Assembly: GCF_001194135.2 (NCBI RefSeq)
Contig: NC_068984.1
Span: forward strand, 91,432,968-91,491,405
DNA: 58,438 nt
From: Octopus bimaculoides
Lineage: Eukaryota
Reading direction: 5' to 3'
This document shows, in pieces, positions 12,446 to 26,100 of the stretch (position 1 is the first letter of the stretch; each line of letters starts with the position of its first letter). A model generated the notes under the pieces. That model saw only the letters and a list, made by a program, of their open reading frames with translations, was not told where the DNA came from and searched no databases. Position numbers and translations under genes: made by a program.

Positions 12446-13167
12446 TAATTAGCATTGATGGTTTTGACTTACCCTTTCTCTCTCAAAATTACTGGCCTTG
12501 TGCCTTATTCAGAACCCTTTATCATTGTTGTTATTGTTATAACTAAGCAGCATGTAAATTTTAAAATACAACTTGCTTTAATGTCCAAAGATCTTTCTAA
12601 GAGTTGTCATATATTCACAAGGCTATTGCCAACATAAATAAGGGGAAAATCCATAAGACATCATAATTTTCTCAGTGACATTCTGGAGGTTCCCATAATA
12701 CTCTTTGAGTTTTACCATAATCCATTGACTTTTCAATCCAGGTTATTGAATTAATGAAGTACTCATCAGTTTTTCAAAGAGTCTTTGCTACCTGTAATGA
12801 GAACTAAATGGATTAATACAGCAAGAGTTAAGTATATTTGCAAAGAATGATGATGGAATATTAAGTGTTGGCTTTTCAACTAGAAGGCTGGTAAACTGAG
12901 TTATTTGTTGTTGATTATTATCCTAATTTCTTTTCACTTTTCAATTGCCACTGTTTTTACTTCATATTCAAAATGTATTAATTATTCGAAATGTATTAAT
13001 TATGTTAAAAGTTAAAAAATACAAGAACACACCTCTTGAAAATACTGGATTGAAAGCCTAAATACAATTGCTCTTTCTTCGGGACTAATTCTAAATTGAT
13101 CTATAAATCTGATAGAAAATAAGCTCAGGAATTTGTATTTTTACTGTGTGTGTTTTCAGATACATTG

Positions 13168-13290
13168 CCCCCCCCCNNNNNNNNNNNNNNNNNNNNNNNN
13201 NNNNNNNNNNNNNNNNNNNNNNNNNNNNNNNNNNNNNNNNNNNCCCCCCCCCCTCTCTCTCTCTCTCTCCCTCTCCCTCTCCCTCTCTGA
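13168..13290. repeat. Poly(C) run spanning an assembly gap (N 13177-13243), followed by (CT)n
   Basis: Read directly from the sequence. Confidence 0.9.
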
Positions 13291-13711
13291 GTTAGAGAAA
13301 GGGAATATAATTTTATTTATATGTACCTGTACAGATATATATGTATTTAAAATGTGTTTGAGAATAAAAGATGCTCCTAGTCTTTTCCATAACTTTTAAA
13401 ATAACTAATTGTCTTGAATGAAACTTAGGAGTATATATTTATGGTGCTATAACTTACATCAGTTTCAGTTCGCTTTTGTCTTAAGAAATCATTTGTGTAA
13501 CAACCAACTATATATTTTCTTATCTAATTCTTCATTTCTGTTTTTCATTCATATAATCAGATCGGAATTTTTTTTTTTTTAAGTAGGATTCACAAGCTAA
13601 ATGATAACAAAGTTTGAACTTGAAACTTCTTAGTGTTTTTATCTATTAAATTTGTATTTCAATTTTTACTATTTTTATTCATTAGTTTAACTTACTCTTT
13701 TTTTTTTCTAG

Positions 13712-14137
13712 TTGCACCTAAATCTGATATCAGAAGAGCTCAGTTTAAAGGGAGCAAATCAATGCCTCCTATTGATACCTCATCTCCAGGACCAATCACT
13801 CAACCTATTAAAGATGCTGAGGAGAGTCCATTTCTTACATCCATGTTATCTTCATCTACTGACAGACCAGTGGACTCATACAACTTGCCTCTAAAGTATC
13901 TTCTTCAAGTGACTGATTCAGAGTTACAGAACATGTCACGTCAGGTGCCAACTAGTCAAAAAATGTCAATGGCTGGTGATGGCACTGCTATCACTCAGCT
14001 TGTTTTGCGTCCTGTATCTTCAGGCCAGTCAAATGTGCTGCAAGATAATGTAATTTTATCTGATATTATCAAGATGCCTGTTTCTGAGAGAGGAATAGAA
14101 AAGTATCAGTTAAAACCTGATACCATTGAATCACAAG
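13712..14137 (+). CDS. shn: shn coding exon A (426 nt, phase 1-1)
   Basis: Acceptor tttttttctag|TTG at 13710-13711 and donor CAAG|gtactg at 14138. Open S/P/T-rich frame with first in-frame ATG at 13762 (MPPIDTSS). Its phase matches the next exon. Confidence 0.8.
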
Positions 14138-17100
14138 GTACTGTGAACTTTATGCACTTACATTTTTGATTTCATTTTATGTACAAAATTCTTTTCATGT
14201 AAGTAAAAATAGGTGAATTAGTTGACTTTATAGTTGTATATTGTTGGTGTTTGTTGTATTTACCTTATGAAATGCAAATGTAATCTTGATCGTAAATGTT
14301 TTCAAATCCGGATGTCCTTCCAAATACTAATCACTCAGCCATCAAGGAGGAGTGCAAATTAGAATTAATGTGCTTTTAACTTTGACATCAATAAAGCCTT
14401 TGATTGTGTATTAAATGCACCGATCAAAATTTTCTGCCTACCAGCTCCACGCTTTTGTTACCTTGAAATGGTAGATTTTGATCGGATTGCAGCATATGTT
14501 AACAGAGCTCTTTCTGTCCAACTGTCAATCAGTTCTCTTGTTCCCCCAAATTTGGTTTTGCCCTCCAGTCTCTTCCAGCTTTATATCAATGGTCTACTTG
14601 CTGCTACATCCAACAGTACCTATTTTTATGCAGATGGTATGACCCTTCATTCCTCCCTAACTTACCTTGAACATACATCATCTATATGCAACCCAGACAC
14701 TACATGCCAAACTTGCGTCAATTCTGTGAATGGAGAGCATCCTCCTGTGGGGTCATGCCAACTTTTTCACATCTAACAGAAAAAAACTTAAGCAGTACAC
14801 ATATCAAAATAACACAAGTGCATCACACACACACACCCTAAACCTGAGTAATATTCAGCTAGAATCTTCACATTCACTCCAAGTACTGGATCTTACTATT
14901 ACCAAGAATATATCTTGGCAAAAGCATATCCTTAACTAAGATTGCATCCCAAAGCCTGGCCCTTTCTCCCCAAGGCCTCAAAATATTTCAGTTCCCAACA
15001 GTTGCTGACACTCCACAAGGCTCAGGTAAAGCCTACATGTGGAATGGTGTTGCTGCTATGTTCACAGATATTGTGGTGTCTATGTGCATAGCAGCACTCA
15101 ACTGGCCCAGAGAATGGTTACTCAACTTATTGGCATTCAGTCACTATCAGACATGTTCCAGTCTCTGGTCCCAGATGTGCTGTTTACTGTCTTTGCATTT
15201 CTTCTATTGCTACTATAACGGCCTCTGTTTCTCAGATCTGGTTGACCTTGTAACTCTACCACTCAGGCATCCCTGACCCACTTGTCTCTCCACCTCTTGT
15301 CGCGTTTGTTGCATTGAATCTCATCTTGCCTAGTCCTTCTTTTCCAAAATATTGTCCTTCTGAAATTCCCTCCCTACTCATGTCTTTCCTGCAGGTTTTG
15401 ACCTGCAACAGTTTAAACTGAACATTAACAACATCAAAACTCATCAGTCTTGGGGGGTCTATAAAGGCCATGGGCACTCCCATTCTCTCTGATTCAACAA
15501 ATGAAAAGAGGATTGTGCACAGCTGTGTTTTGCTTAGATGCACTGCTCAGTGTCTTTAGCAATATTTGAAATTATGACACTTTACAGGTATTATCTTTAA
15601 AAAGCCATATTGCCTGGCCAAACTTATTTAATATTTATGAACATTTGAAAATAATGTGTTATTGCAGTGGTTGTAGAACTATCACAAAATTGAGCAATGA
15701 TATGCAAAATTGGTAAATAATAATAAATAATATCACTTTATAATATTAAAAATCATTATGAAGCACTTTTAAATTGACTGTAGACTTGATGGTTGTATCC
15801 TAATACCAATAGACCTAGGTAATCTTTGGAGTGATTTTTTTTTTAATTTCTTAATAAGATTAAAAGGAATAACACCAAGAATTCCCAGACTTATAGGTTA
15901 GGTATAATTAAGTTTCTGGGTGATATATGTAAGATAATGACAATGGTTTATGACATTACTATCAGATAGTTTTTGTCAGTTCTGATTATAAAAATTATGG
16001 AACAAGAGTAAGTGGCAAAGAAACTATATCTAACATACCAGGCAAATTTGATTTATTTTTGGTTACTAATTAAGCCTGAGATTTGAACTTATAACTGCAA
16101 GCTATCAAACAACTTGTAAATTATACAATCTAGGTCCTACCAATAATTCATTGTCTCATATTTTCACATTTTTATAGCAGTTTTGTAATGTGTGTATGTA
16201 TGAAGTATGAGGGGGAGGATAATCATTTACTAATTGGATATATATGATCACTGCCTTCTTTCTTAATTTTTCTTTTTGAGATTTCTAAAAAATACTATAC
16301 AATTTTATTATACTTTAGGTTTCAAACCTGTGTACACAAAACAACAATGTGATCAGTATGAATCAAATCCGGTGAGTTACAGCAACTTCAAATCTCGAAC
16401 TTTTAAGTCACAACAACCCCAGAGTGGGGAAAAGTTTAGGCAGCAAATCTCTGGAGATAATACAGTTGGTCGTAAACGTAAACTCCCCACAAAGCCAGGC
16501 CGCCACATTTGTCATTTTTGTGGTCTTGGATGTGCAAAGCCAAGTGTGCTTGAGAAACACATCCGATCACATACTGGAGAAAGGCCATACCCTTGTGTGG
16601 CTTGTGGTGTATTCTTCAAAACTAAAAGTAACTTGTACAAGCATAATAAATCACGAGCCCATGCTGTGAAAGCTGGTCTTGGCCAAATCCCCACAAGTAC
16701 ATCATCTGAAATGACAAGTACTGAAGGTGAGGGTGACAATGAAGATGCCAATGAGAGTGAAGAAACACAAACAGAAACAAGTGATACAGATGGAGAAAAT
16801 GAAGAGAAGCAAATGAAACATTGTTTGTTAGATCCTTCACGATTAAAAAGAGGTTATTCTGAATCTGATGCCAAAATACGTATTGAGGAATTTCAAGAGA
16901 AAAAGTCAACATCTTTAACAGAAAATTGTTTTTTGGGAGATCAGCATCAATCTGTTAATGTTACCAAGATGACAAGTTGTGGAAGCAGCAACACCACAAA
17001 TACCGTAGCATCTGTGAATATCCATGGGGAAATAAGCAAAGGTTCATCTTTGGAATTACATACTGATAGTCCACTTCATCATTCTGGTAACTTAGATGGT

Positions 17101-20100
17101 AAAACTAAACTATCAGTTTCAAGTATGACTGGACATACACCTGTTTATTTACCAGATAAATGCTTCTATGATGTTCCTCAGATATCTAAATTACCAGAAA
17201 CCAATTTAAATGAAGAATCTAAAGAAGACATTTTGGTACCAGTTGCAGATAATGTAGTTTCTGGAAGTTTACAAAGTTCTCATGCTAAGGAGTCTTTCAA
17301 CCTTCATGACAAGCAAACTGTGAGTTCCAAAGACCATGTACCATTATCATTATCTTTACAGACTTCGCACAGCAAGTCACAAGATAAATCTATACATCCC
17401 ATCAACAAAAGCAGTGAAGAGACAAAAACAATAAGTTCTCTCAGCATCACAGGCTCAACACCTACTGATAAAAAAAGACTTGAGGAGCATATTTTGCAAA
17501 TCATATCTAAAAATGATACTATTGTAAATACTCCAATGTCTGAACCACCACGTCAGAAAAGGATATTCCGTCAACACAGTGACCAACCAAACACTTCAGG
17601 TTCAAAATTGGAAGAGCTGCCTCAGTCAGTGTCAATGACTAAAGTATCAATACCAAGTATTTTATCAATACCCTTGGCTCCAATACCTGATGACAATGAT
17701 ATAAACAAAGATCTATGCCTCAGTCCACAATCTTACTTTACTCCTCTTATTTCTGAAAAGAAGGAAATCTCAAATCCCAAACTCCCAGAATTACTTTCAT
17801 CCTCATCTAAGACAGAAAACTTAAATGAAAAACTTTCTTCCACCAACATTTGTTCTGGGCTCCAAGGAAGCCAAGAAATTAAAATTGAAATTAAGTTGCC
17901 TAAAACTGGTTCCAATGTTGTAACTATTGCAACACCATCACAGTCTATCATTGGTAAGCCAAACATGCAATTTTCACCTACATCTGTTGTTACTACAGTT
18001 GTAAGTTCTTCATCTTTTGTAAAAAATCCTGAAAATAGTGTTATTAAAGGCCTTCTTTTGAAAGGTAAGACATCTTCTTTGACTTCTCCAACTCCCCCAA
18101 GTAGAGTCATTAAAGAAAAATCAAGTAGTGTTGATGAGATAACAACTATGAGAAATGAGTCAACACTCATTTCCTTCCAGCGTGAAGATATTGGCACTTA
18201 TTCTGTGTCAAATGTGTCTTCTGTTTACAGCAAGGCTTCACAACTACAAAAATTTCGACATTCAAAAAGTAGTTCATCTTCTACAAGTATGGATTCTCAT
18301 ACTTCCCCTATTACTATAACAGAAAGAAGACCAGACCGACCTGCTCTAGTGAAATGCAGCTCTTTCGAGAAGGATGTACCACCTGGATACCTATCTCACA
18401 GTTTTTCAAGTGATCGTGAAAGTTCAGTTGATGTTGATCTTGAGAAAGGTGAACGTTTAAAAGATGATAAACATGATTCAAATGCTGTTGTATTTAATAC
18501 TGAAAATTATGACCTGGTGGCACCAAAAAAGAAAGGAAGGCCTAAGGGCTCAAAAAACAAACCAAAGATGATGAATGCAACAGTATCAGTGCAAGGTCTA
18601 TCTTCTACTACTTTAGCTACATCTTCAAGTTCATCACAAAATTCTATTTTACTGGCAACTCTGAAGCAACCTTCCCTGCAGCAGCCCTACACAGAGCCGT
18701 CTTGTGATTTGCCTCCTTGGAAGGTAATATTGAAAAATAAACTTATAAAGAGATCTATGAGTACAGAGAGAATGCTTTCACAAGAAAAAGATTCTGATTC
18801 ATTCTCTGCACAGTCTACTATAAGTACATCTCCCAGCACAGAAAGTTCTAGTAGCCTTGGACCTGTACGAGCTTCATCTTTTGAAATGTTAAAGCAACCT
18901 ATTGATAATGAACGGAATGAAAGAAACTCACCATTAAAGAAACGAAAAGTTCCAAATGAGTTTCTTCAGTCTGATCCAATTTCAAGACCTGGAGTAACTC
19001 GAGCTGGATCAGAACCATTAATGTCACAAATGGGGCTAAATGCTGCTTCTTCAAAATCTTTGTCTGAAAAACGCCTTAGCAGTCTACCTGAAACATTGGA
19101 GTATAAATATTCTGTTCCTCAAGTGACAAACTCTTTAAATAATCCAGTGTGCTCAGGTCCAGTTACAGTACCTGTCGTTGTTGCACAACCAATTGTTATC
19201 CCAATGAAATTTTCTGATTCTATTCAAAGTGCTATACCTGCCCATGTACCTGTCACTTCAGGGTGGAGCAAATTGAACAAAGTTGCTTTATCAACACACT
19301 GTGATATTCAGTTATCTTTGCCAGCTATTCCAGCCACTTCAACATCAAGCAAACAAATTCTACAGTTACCATTGGTAACAAGTCTAGTTGTTTCAAAATT
19401 TCCTAAAGACAATAAAATAGAAGCAACAAATCTGACAGAAGAATTCCCATTGTTAAATACTTCAAAAGAATTGTCTACAAGTGTTAGTAATAGCACTGAC
19501 ATAGTTAGTGTAAGTGAGACATACACACAACCAGATGTCACTTCTATTGTAGTCCCTGTATCTGCTTGCCCAGCCTCACTTCTTTCAGGAGACTCTACAC
19601 TAACATCACTTAAAGAAGTCTCAACTGTATCAACAACTGGATGTAATACCTCAAAGCAACAAATTACTACTTCCTTGCGGAGTTTAACACAAACTACATT
19701 TTGTTGTGTTCAGCGTTTGCAACCCATGTATGTTCCACAAGGTGAAAATCAAAAAATTTCGATGTATTCTAACTGGAGGGTTTCAAAACATACACCACAT
19801 CCAAGCAACCTTACACCTCAGATGTCCTTATTTCTATACAATTCTAAGAATACAAGTGATCCTATATATTCTGTGGCCAAGTATAAATCTGAAACAAATG
19901 TGACTGAGAGTTCTGAATGGAATTTGTATTCCAAACGAAAACTTCTGCCATTGAGCTCTTCTGTTGTTGAGAAACTTTCCAATGGAGTGTTAACCATTGA
20001 TACAACTGTGGCCACAGAAGTTGTCAAACTACCAACAGACATTATGATATCTGATAAAAAAGATATTGGTTTATTGCCACAATCTGAAAATAAGGTTGAC

Positions 20101-23100
20101 TCTTTACTAACTAGTTCTAGTTCAAAAGAAACTGTTACAACCAAAGAACCCAAAAGAGTTCGAATATTTCAAGGTGGCTTTCGTTCTACTGAAGAGTATA
20201 CATATATTCGTGGAAGGGGACGAGGGAAATATGTGTGTGAGGAATGTGGCATTCGTTGTAAGAAACCAAGCATGTTGAAAAAGCACATCCGCACCCATAC
20301 AGATTTGCGGCCATACCACTGTAGACATTGTCGTTTTTCTTTCAAGACTAAAGGTAATTTGACTAAGCATATGAAATCAAAAGCTCACCAAAAGAAATGT
20401 TTGGAACTCGGTATTGATCCTGTGCCTATTATTGTTGATGAATCACAAATTGACTCAGAAGCTTTAGCTGCTCAGAGTGCTATAGCCAAAGAGACTAAGA
20501 GCTTGGATGATGAGAATGAAGATGATGAGGAAGATGATGATGATATAGATGATGAAGAAGAAACTGATGATGCTGATGGCCAATTTTCGGATTCTGAAGA
20601 AAGTGCCCGTACAAGCTTTGAAAGAATGGACACTAATGAGACAGTTGATACATCTATTGACAGAGAAAGGTAAATATGTTTGCAGGAATATTTTATTGTC
20701 TTTTAATGAAATGTTAATGTATTTCACTATAAAGTAATGGACTATTGAACTGTAGATGAAAATTCCTTCTCAGTTAGTAAATATAATTTTACTTTTCAGA
20801 ATGATGCAAAAATGTTTTTAAAACATCCTATTTAATGAGCTATTTAGACTTGAAACTATAAAATATGATAGGTATTTGCTTTCCGATTTATAGCAGGATA
20901 TATTAATAGTTTGATCTAAAAATTGCACTACAAACATATTTGAATGCTAAAAACATTTTGTGGAGGCTTGGTTGATGCATATGAAAGAGATAATTTCATT
21001 TGTTTGAATATGTGATAAAAATGCATGACTCTATCCTCTTTCAAAGACACTACAGTACATTAATTTCCAAATTGTTATACTTGAACTAATAAAAATCATT
21101 CTTTCATTTCTCTGATCCAAAAGATTTTCCTAGTCTGTGCTTTTCATTTAATGATTTATTGAAAGATGTGCAGCTGTTGCTGAAGCTAAGAACAGGGTTT
21201 TTTGTCATAGAAGGGTTCTGTTCTGAAAGGACCAACAGACAATCATTGCCTGATATCCATTTGCAATCTATTCACATGACTGGTTCTAATGAAATCATCC
21301 ATTTTCCAACTGATTTTGAATAATACCAATGTTCTGTGGCTTTTTAATAAAACGCTAATTTTACCTGAGTTTTTTCTAAAATTATCTCAATATTAATTAA
21401 TTATGATGATTTGAAGTACTGAGTTGAATTGTCTCCCAACTCAGAATTCTTGGTCTATGGCAAGTTGATCCTCTTGCTTGATAGCAGAATCCTGTGGTTT
21501 ACAAAATTCTTTGCAAATAAAATGAGATAGAAACTAATGACTCTGAGTTGCATCAAAGAAAGAAGAATTTTTAATATTTTGGGACTGTGGGATGTTTAAA
21601 TGTTCTTTATTATTACATTTAATTGTTGTGTGCATTTAAAAATTTTCTTTCTTTCTTTTTTTTTTTTTTTTGCTTTAATATTCTAATATATATATATTTT
21701 GGTATTGTTATTTTTACAGTGAATGTGGTATGCCAACACATTCTTCAAGTTTAGATGTTGCTGAAACAAGTCGAATATCAGAAGTTAATTCCTATGAGGT
21801 CTCAGAATCTGAACATGCTAGTGGCTCAGAAATTGCTGTGTCTATGACCTCTGTCTATGTTGGAACATCAGGGTTAGTAGACAATTTCTTTTATAAATCT
21901 GAGGAGATTCTTGCATGACTTCTATGACTGGATGCCCTTTCTAATGTTAACCAATTTACAGAATATGCTGGGTATTGTTTTTGTGACTCCAGCACTGGTG
22001 AGGTTACAATATAGCTAACAGGGCTAAGATACCCTTCAACTAATTGGAGAGTAAGGAAGCTTTATGTTAGGTATTCAGAAGTTAAAGTATGAAAGAAAGG
22101 GTAGGAACAGGTTTCTTGCTGTAGAGGAAATACGTGGCTACCGCACATTATTTGAGTTAAAGCTGAAAAGAGATATAAAGATGGTGATGATGAGCAGGAT
22201 GAGCAAACTTCTTTAGTTTATTTATTTTAGATTTCAAGACTTTGGCCATGCTGGATCTTGGGGATATAAAGAGTTTTTTTAATCTAGTCATAAACAGTAA
22301 TTTTTGACAAATTTTAGTTGTACTTCCAAAAATTATGGAATTACAAGTGGAATTCAATGGACAACCATCTAACTAAAAACTCAACAGTTTACATTTATTC
22401 ACAAGTATGATTTTAAGTCTATGGCTAAGACATTTAAGATTAGTTGGTTCAGATTACTTAACTATAACATGGGACCATGTATGTTGTAAGCTGTAGGATC
22501 TCTATATAATTATAATTGAGTTTTGACATCAGCACAAGGCTGCAAATTTTATGAAAGAGCAAAGTTGATTAAATTGATCTCAGTACATGATTGGTACTGA
22601 TTTTAATTGAGTCCAGAAGGATGAAAGGCAAAGTTAAACCAGCAAGAATTTACTGCATCATGTATGTAATAGATTGTAACTAAATACTGTAAGCCATTTT
22701 GTCTAGTGACTCGTTAAATACCATATAATGAGCCAATGTTTCATTGGTTTTTTAATATAGAATTAAAATTCTCTCATGGATTTAAAGAAGGCAATTTATC
22801 TTTTCTTATTGCTATACATCTAAACTAAATATTTTTGCCTGTCTCAGAAACTAAATGACTTATTGAACTAAGCATTAAAGTGTAAGCTTAATTTGAGGAA
22901 GGAAAGTTCATGCACTTATATTTTACTTCATTTTACTGATAGAATAGTTTTAAGAAGAGTAAAATTGTTGAAAACTTTTAGTTACTCCTGGTTGTATTTA
23001 ATTAATTCATCATGCTTAATCAAAGATTCTAATTATATACAGATATTTCTGCTATGCTTGTTTATTTTCATATCCTTTATTTTTTCTTATCAATTACATT

Positions 23101-26100
23101 TTTTAGTTTGACAGCAACAATTTCCAGTTCATCAGTTGCCATGATTACAGGTAAGTTCTTTTTATTTTTTCTGCCTGCCTTTTTGACCCAATACTCAAAT
23201 AGCTTCAGTGAAACAATATGATAAGAAAAGCTATACGCTATATAAATCCCTTTGTGTTTCTTCAACATAATTCTTACATATTTGGAAAATAACAACTATA
23301 ACCTTGCTATTGGAAATACTTCTGATGCTTTATTTTATTTAACACTAAAGGTTTTAAGAAAGATGCAAGAAAAAGACATTGATCAATCAAAAGAGGTAGT
23401 AAGCCTGTAGCCCATTTCAATTATAAAGTTTCTAGATTAGTATCCGTTAATTTTGATTAATGATATATATTTGTAGCCTTTTGTATTCAGAAGGGAACCA
23501 ATTATTGAAAAGTTTTGCTACATTGAAGTAAATAATTTCCTTGGGTTTCATGCAGGAAGGAAAGTATGCATGTAAAGTATATAAAATGCAATGGTTACAT
23601 ATTAAAAAAAAAATAGTTAATGCTATTTAGTGTAGGATTTTAGGTCATAAAAGAAGTTTGCTATAGACAGTATGAGAGAAGAAACAGATATTATCATAAT
23701 AGGGTCCAACAATTTATGTGAAAATATCCAAGCTTTCAAAGGTATCCTGTTTATCCTAATATAGGAAAAGGGGTACAGGAAAAAGAATCAGTTTATCTCA
23801 GTGGGAAGTTTGTTAGTCAAACATCTGAAGTCTTATCAAATAAATTAAAGACCAATAAACAAATAGAAGTGTGATGCTTATATTTTTAATGAACTCTGAA
23901 GGTCTGATACAGCAACCTTATCAAGAAGAGGGATTGAAGTGTTACAAGAAACCAGCAAACAAAGAAATTCAAGCTCGCCTAAAGTATCAGTTGTTTATCT
24001 TCAAGGCTAAAATTATGAAAACTGAATCTCATGAAATAACATATTAAATATTTAGAGGATTATGTTGAAAAATTGTTATGTTAATTAATTGTAAATAAAT
24101 ATTTTTTCTCCTTTGTATAATCACTATATTCAAGGAATAATGCTTCTAAAATTAGTATAGCATTATGAAAGTTTGAATAATGTAGTAGATTAATGGTGCC
24201 CCACAAAAAATAATAATAATTAGATACCTTGTTACGAGGGGCAGTTATATAATTCAATTCAGTTAAAATATTTATTGAAAACATCAACAAAATAATGATT
24301 AACATAAATTTTGCATATAAGTTTGTTTCAACAATTTATTTCCCATTTTCCTTTGGACAGGTGTGGCAAACCAATCACAAATTGATAATGAGATTGCTCG
24401 TAGTCTTTTAGATCTGTCTCAAAGACAAGTGCAGCCATCAGAAGATGCTGCAAAAGAAATTTCAACCAATGTGGCATCTCATACCAAAACAGGTGAGTTT
24501 ACTAGTTACAAAATGTAAAACATATTTCATTGAAAAAAAAACTTTCTGTTGTAATTTTGTAATATTTTAAATCTTGATGCTGTTTATAGTTGATATTGTT
24601 GTTGCTGGCACTCTGTCACTTACGACGTTGAGGGTTCTAGTTGATCCAATCAACGGAACAGCCTGCTCATGAAATTAACGTGCAAGTGGCTGAGCATTCC
24701 ACAGACACGTGTTCCCTTAACGTAGTTCTCGGAGATATTCAGCGTGACACAGTGTGACAAGGCTGACCTTTTGAATTACAGACACAACAGAAACAGGAAG
24801 TAAAAGGGAGAGAAAGTTGTGGTGAAAGAGTACAGCAGGGTTCGCCACCATCTCCTGCCGGAGCCTCGTGGAGCTTTTAGGTGTTTTCGCTCAATAAACA
24901 ATCACAACACCTGGTCTGGGAATCGAAACCGCGATCCTATGACCACGAGTTTGCTGCCCTAACCACTGGGCCATTACGCCTACACTATAGTTGATGTACA
25001 GTGTATATAAAGAAGTCTATGAAAACATTTCCATTTACTGCAATAAATATTTCCAGTCAGTACAACAAAAAAAATTTTCATACTGTGATTGCAAGTTTCA
25101 AGCCTTAGTTCATCTGCTGTTTTCTTCACTCTAGAAACTTCTCCAGCCCTCAGAATTTACATCATTTCTCTTGAAAGTCATCATATTTAGTTGCTTTAGT
25201 ATAAACAATTCTTCTTGACTTCACTCCTCTACACCAATACTGTTTACACAGAGGCTGAATTCTTTGCCTTGTTGAACTGTCTGCTACAGTTGGTCTTGAC
25301 ACCTCATATTTTTGATCTTCTCTTCTATAAATCCAACTATTACTTTGAAACCACAATCATTGCTCTTATCCCTTCATTGTCATTTATTTAGTTATTAATT
25401 AAAGCATCAAATTACTGCACAACTTTTGGTCATTCTCTTGTATTTTAAGTCACCTAATTGTTTGGAATTCTGTCAGTTCTATACTGATTCACCTTAACAA
25501 CAAATATACTTCACTTCTTCATCAATGACAGTTAAATGGATTACTGAAATCACTCTTCTTCTAGATATATCACTCACTCACTCACAATCCAAAACTCACA
25601 AATCATTCACATGTAGCTATATTTGAGGAAAATACTCCCTGCAACGTCAAGAAAAAATTGTTTACCATCTGCTCTGTGGTATTTTCTTATTATTATTGTG
25701 CATGTATTATAACCATTAAGAAGGAAAAGAATATCTTTGTATATTATACTTTTGCTTCCAATTTGATGTTACACACATGCCTTCTCCACTTGATTTTTAT
25801 CTCACCCTCAAGTTTATCTAGTTACCATGTATTGAAATTTCTCCAGTCACTTCATCTTAATAAGGTGATAAATCTTAATGGTGTATTCAACTATCATCTT
25901 CAAACACTTTCACCTCTAAAATCTTCAAATACTCCATTGATTATAAGTTTCTATCCCAAATTATGGAAATACTCTTCATAATGTCTTCTCTTCAAGAAGT
26001 GAACCCTAAGTGCCAATTACTTATTTATTGTTCTTACCTTCAATATCTCAAAGGTGATGGAATTAGTTCTAACTCACCACATCTTTTTTTACCTTGTATC

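Noticed and set aside
16276-16318. N-terminal extension MRFLKNTIQFYYTL of the 1465-aa ORF
   Set aside because: Starts at TTG within the polypyrimidine tract; the acceptor at 16317-16318 fits the upstream exon phase.
23351-23395. Possible 45-nt exon (taaag|...gag|gtagta) encoding VLRKMQEKDIDQSKE
   Set aside because: Open only in phase 0 while its neighbours need phase 1, where it has a stop; weak donor and no other support.
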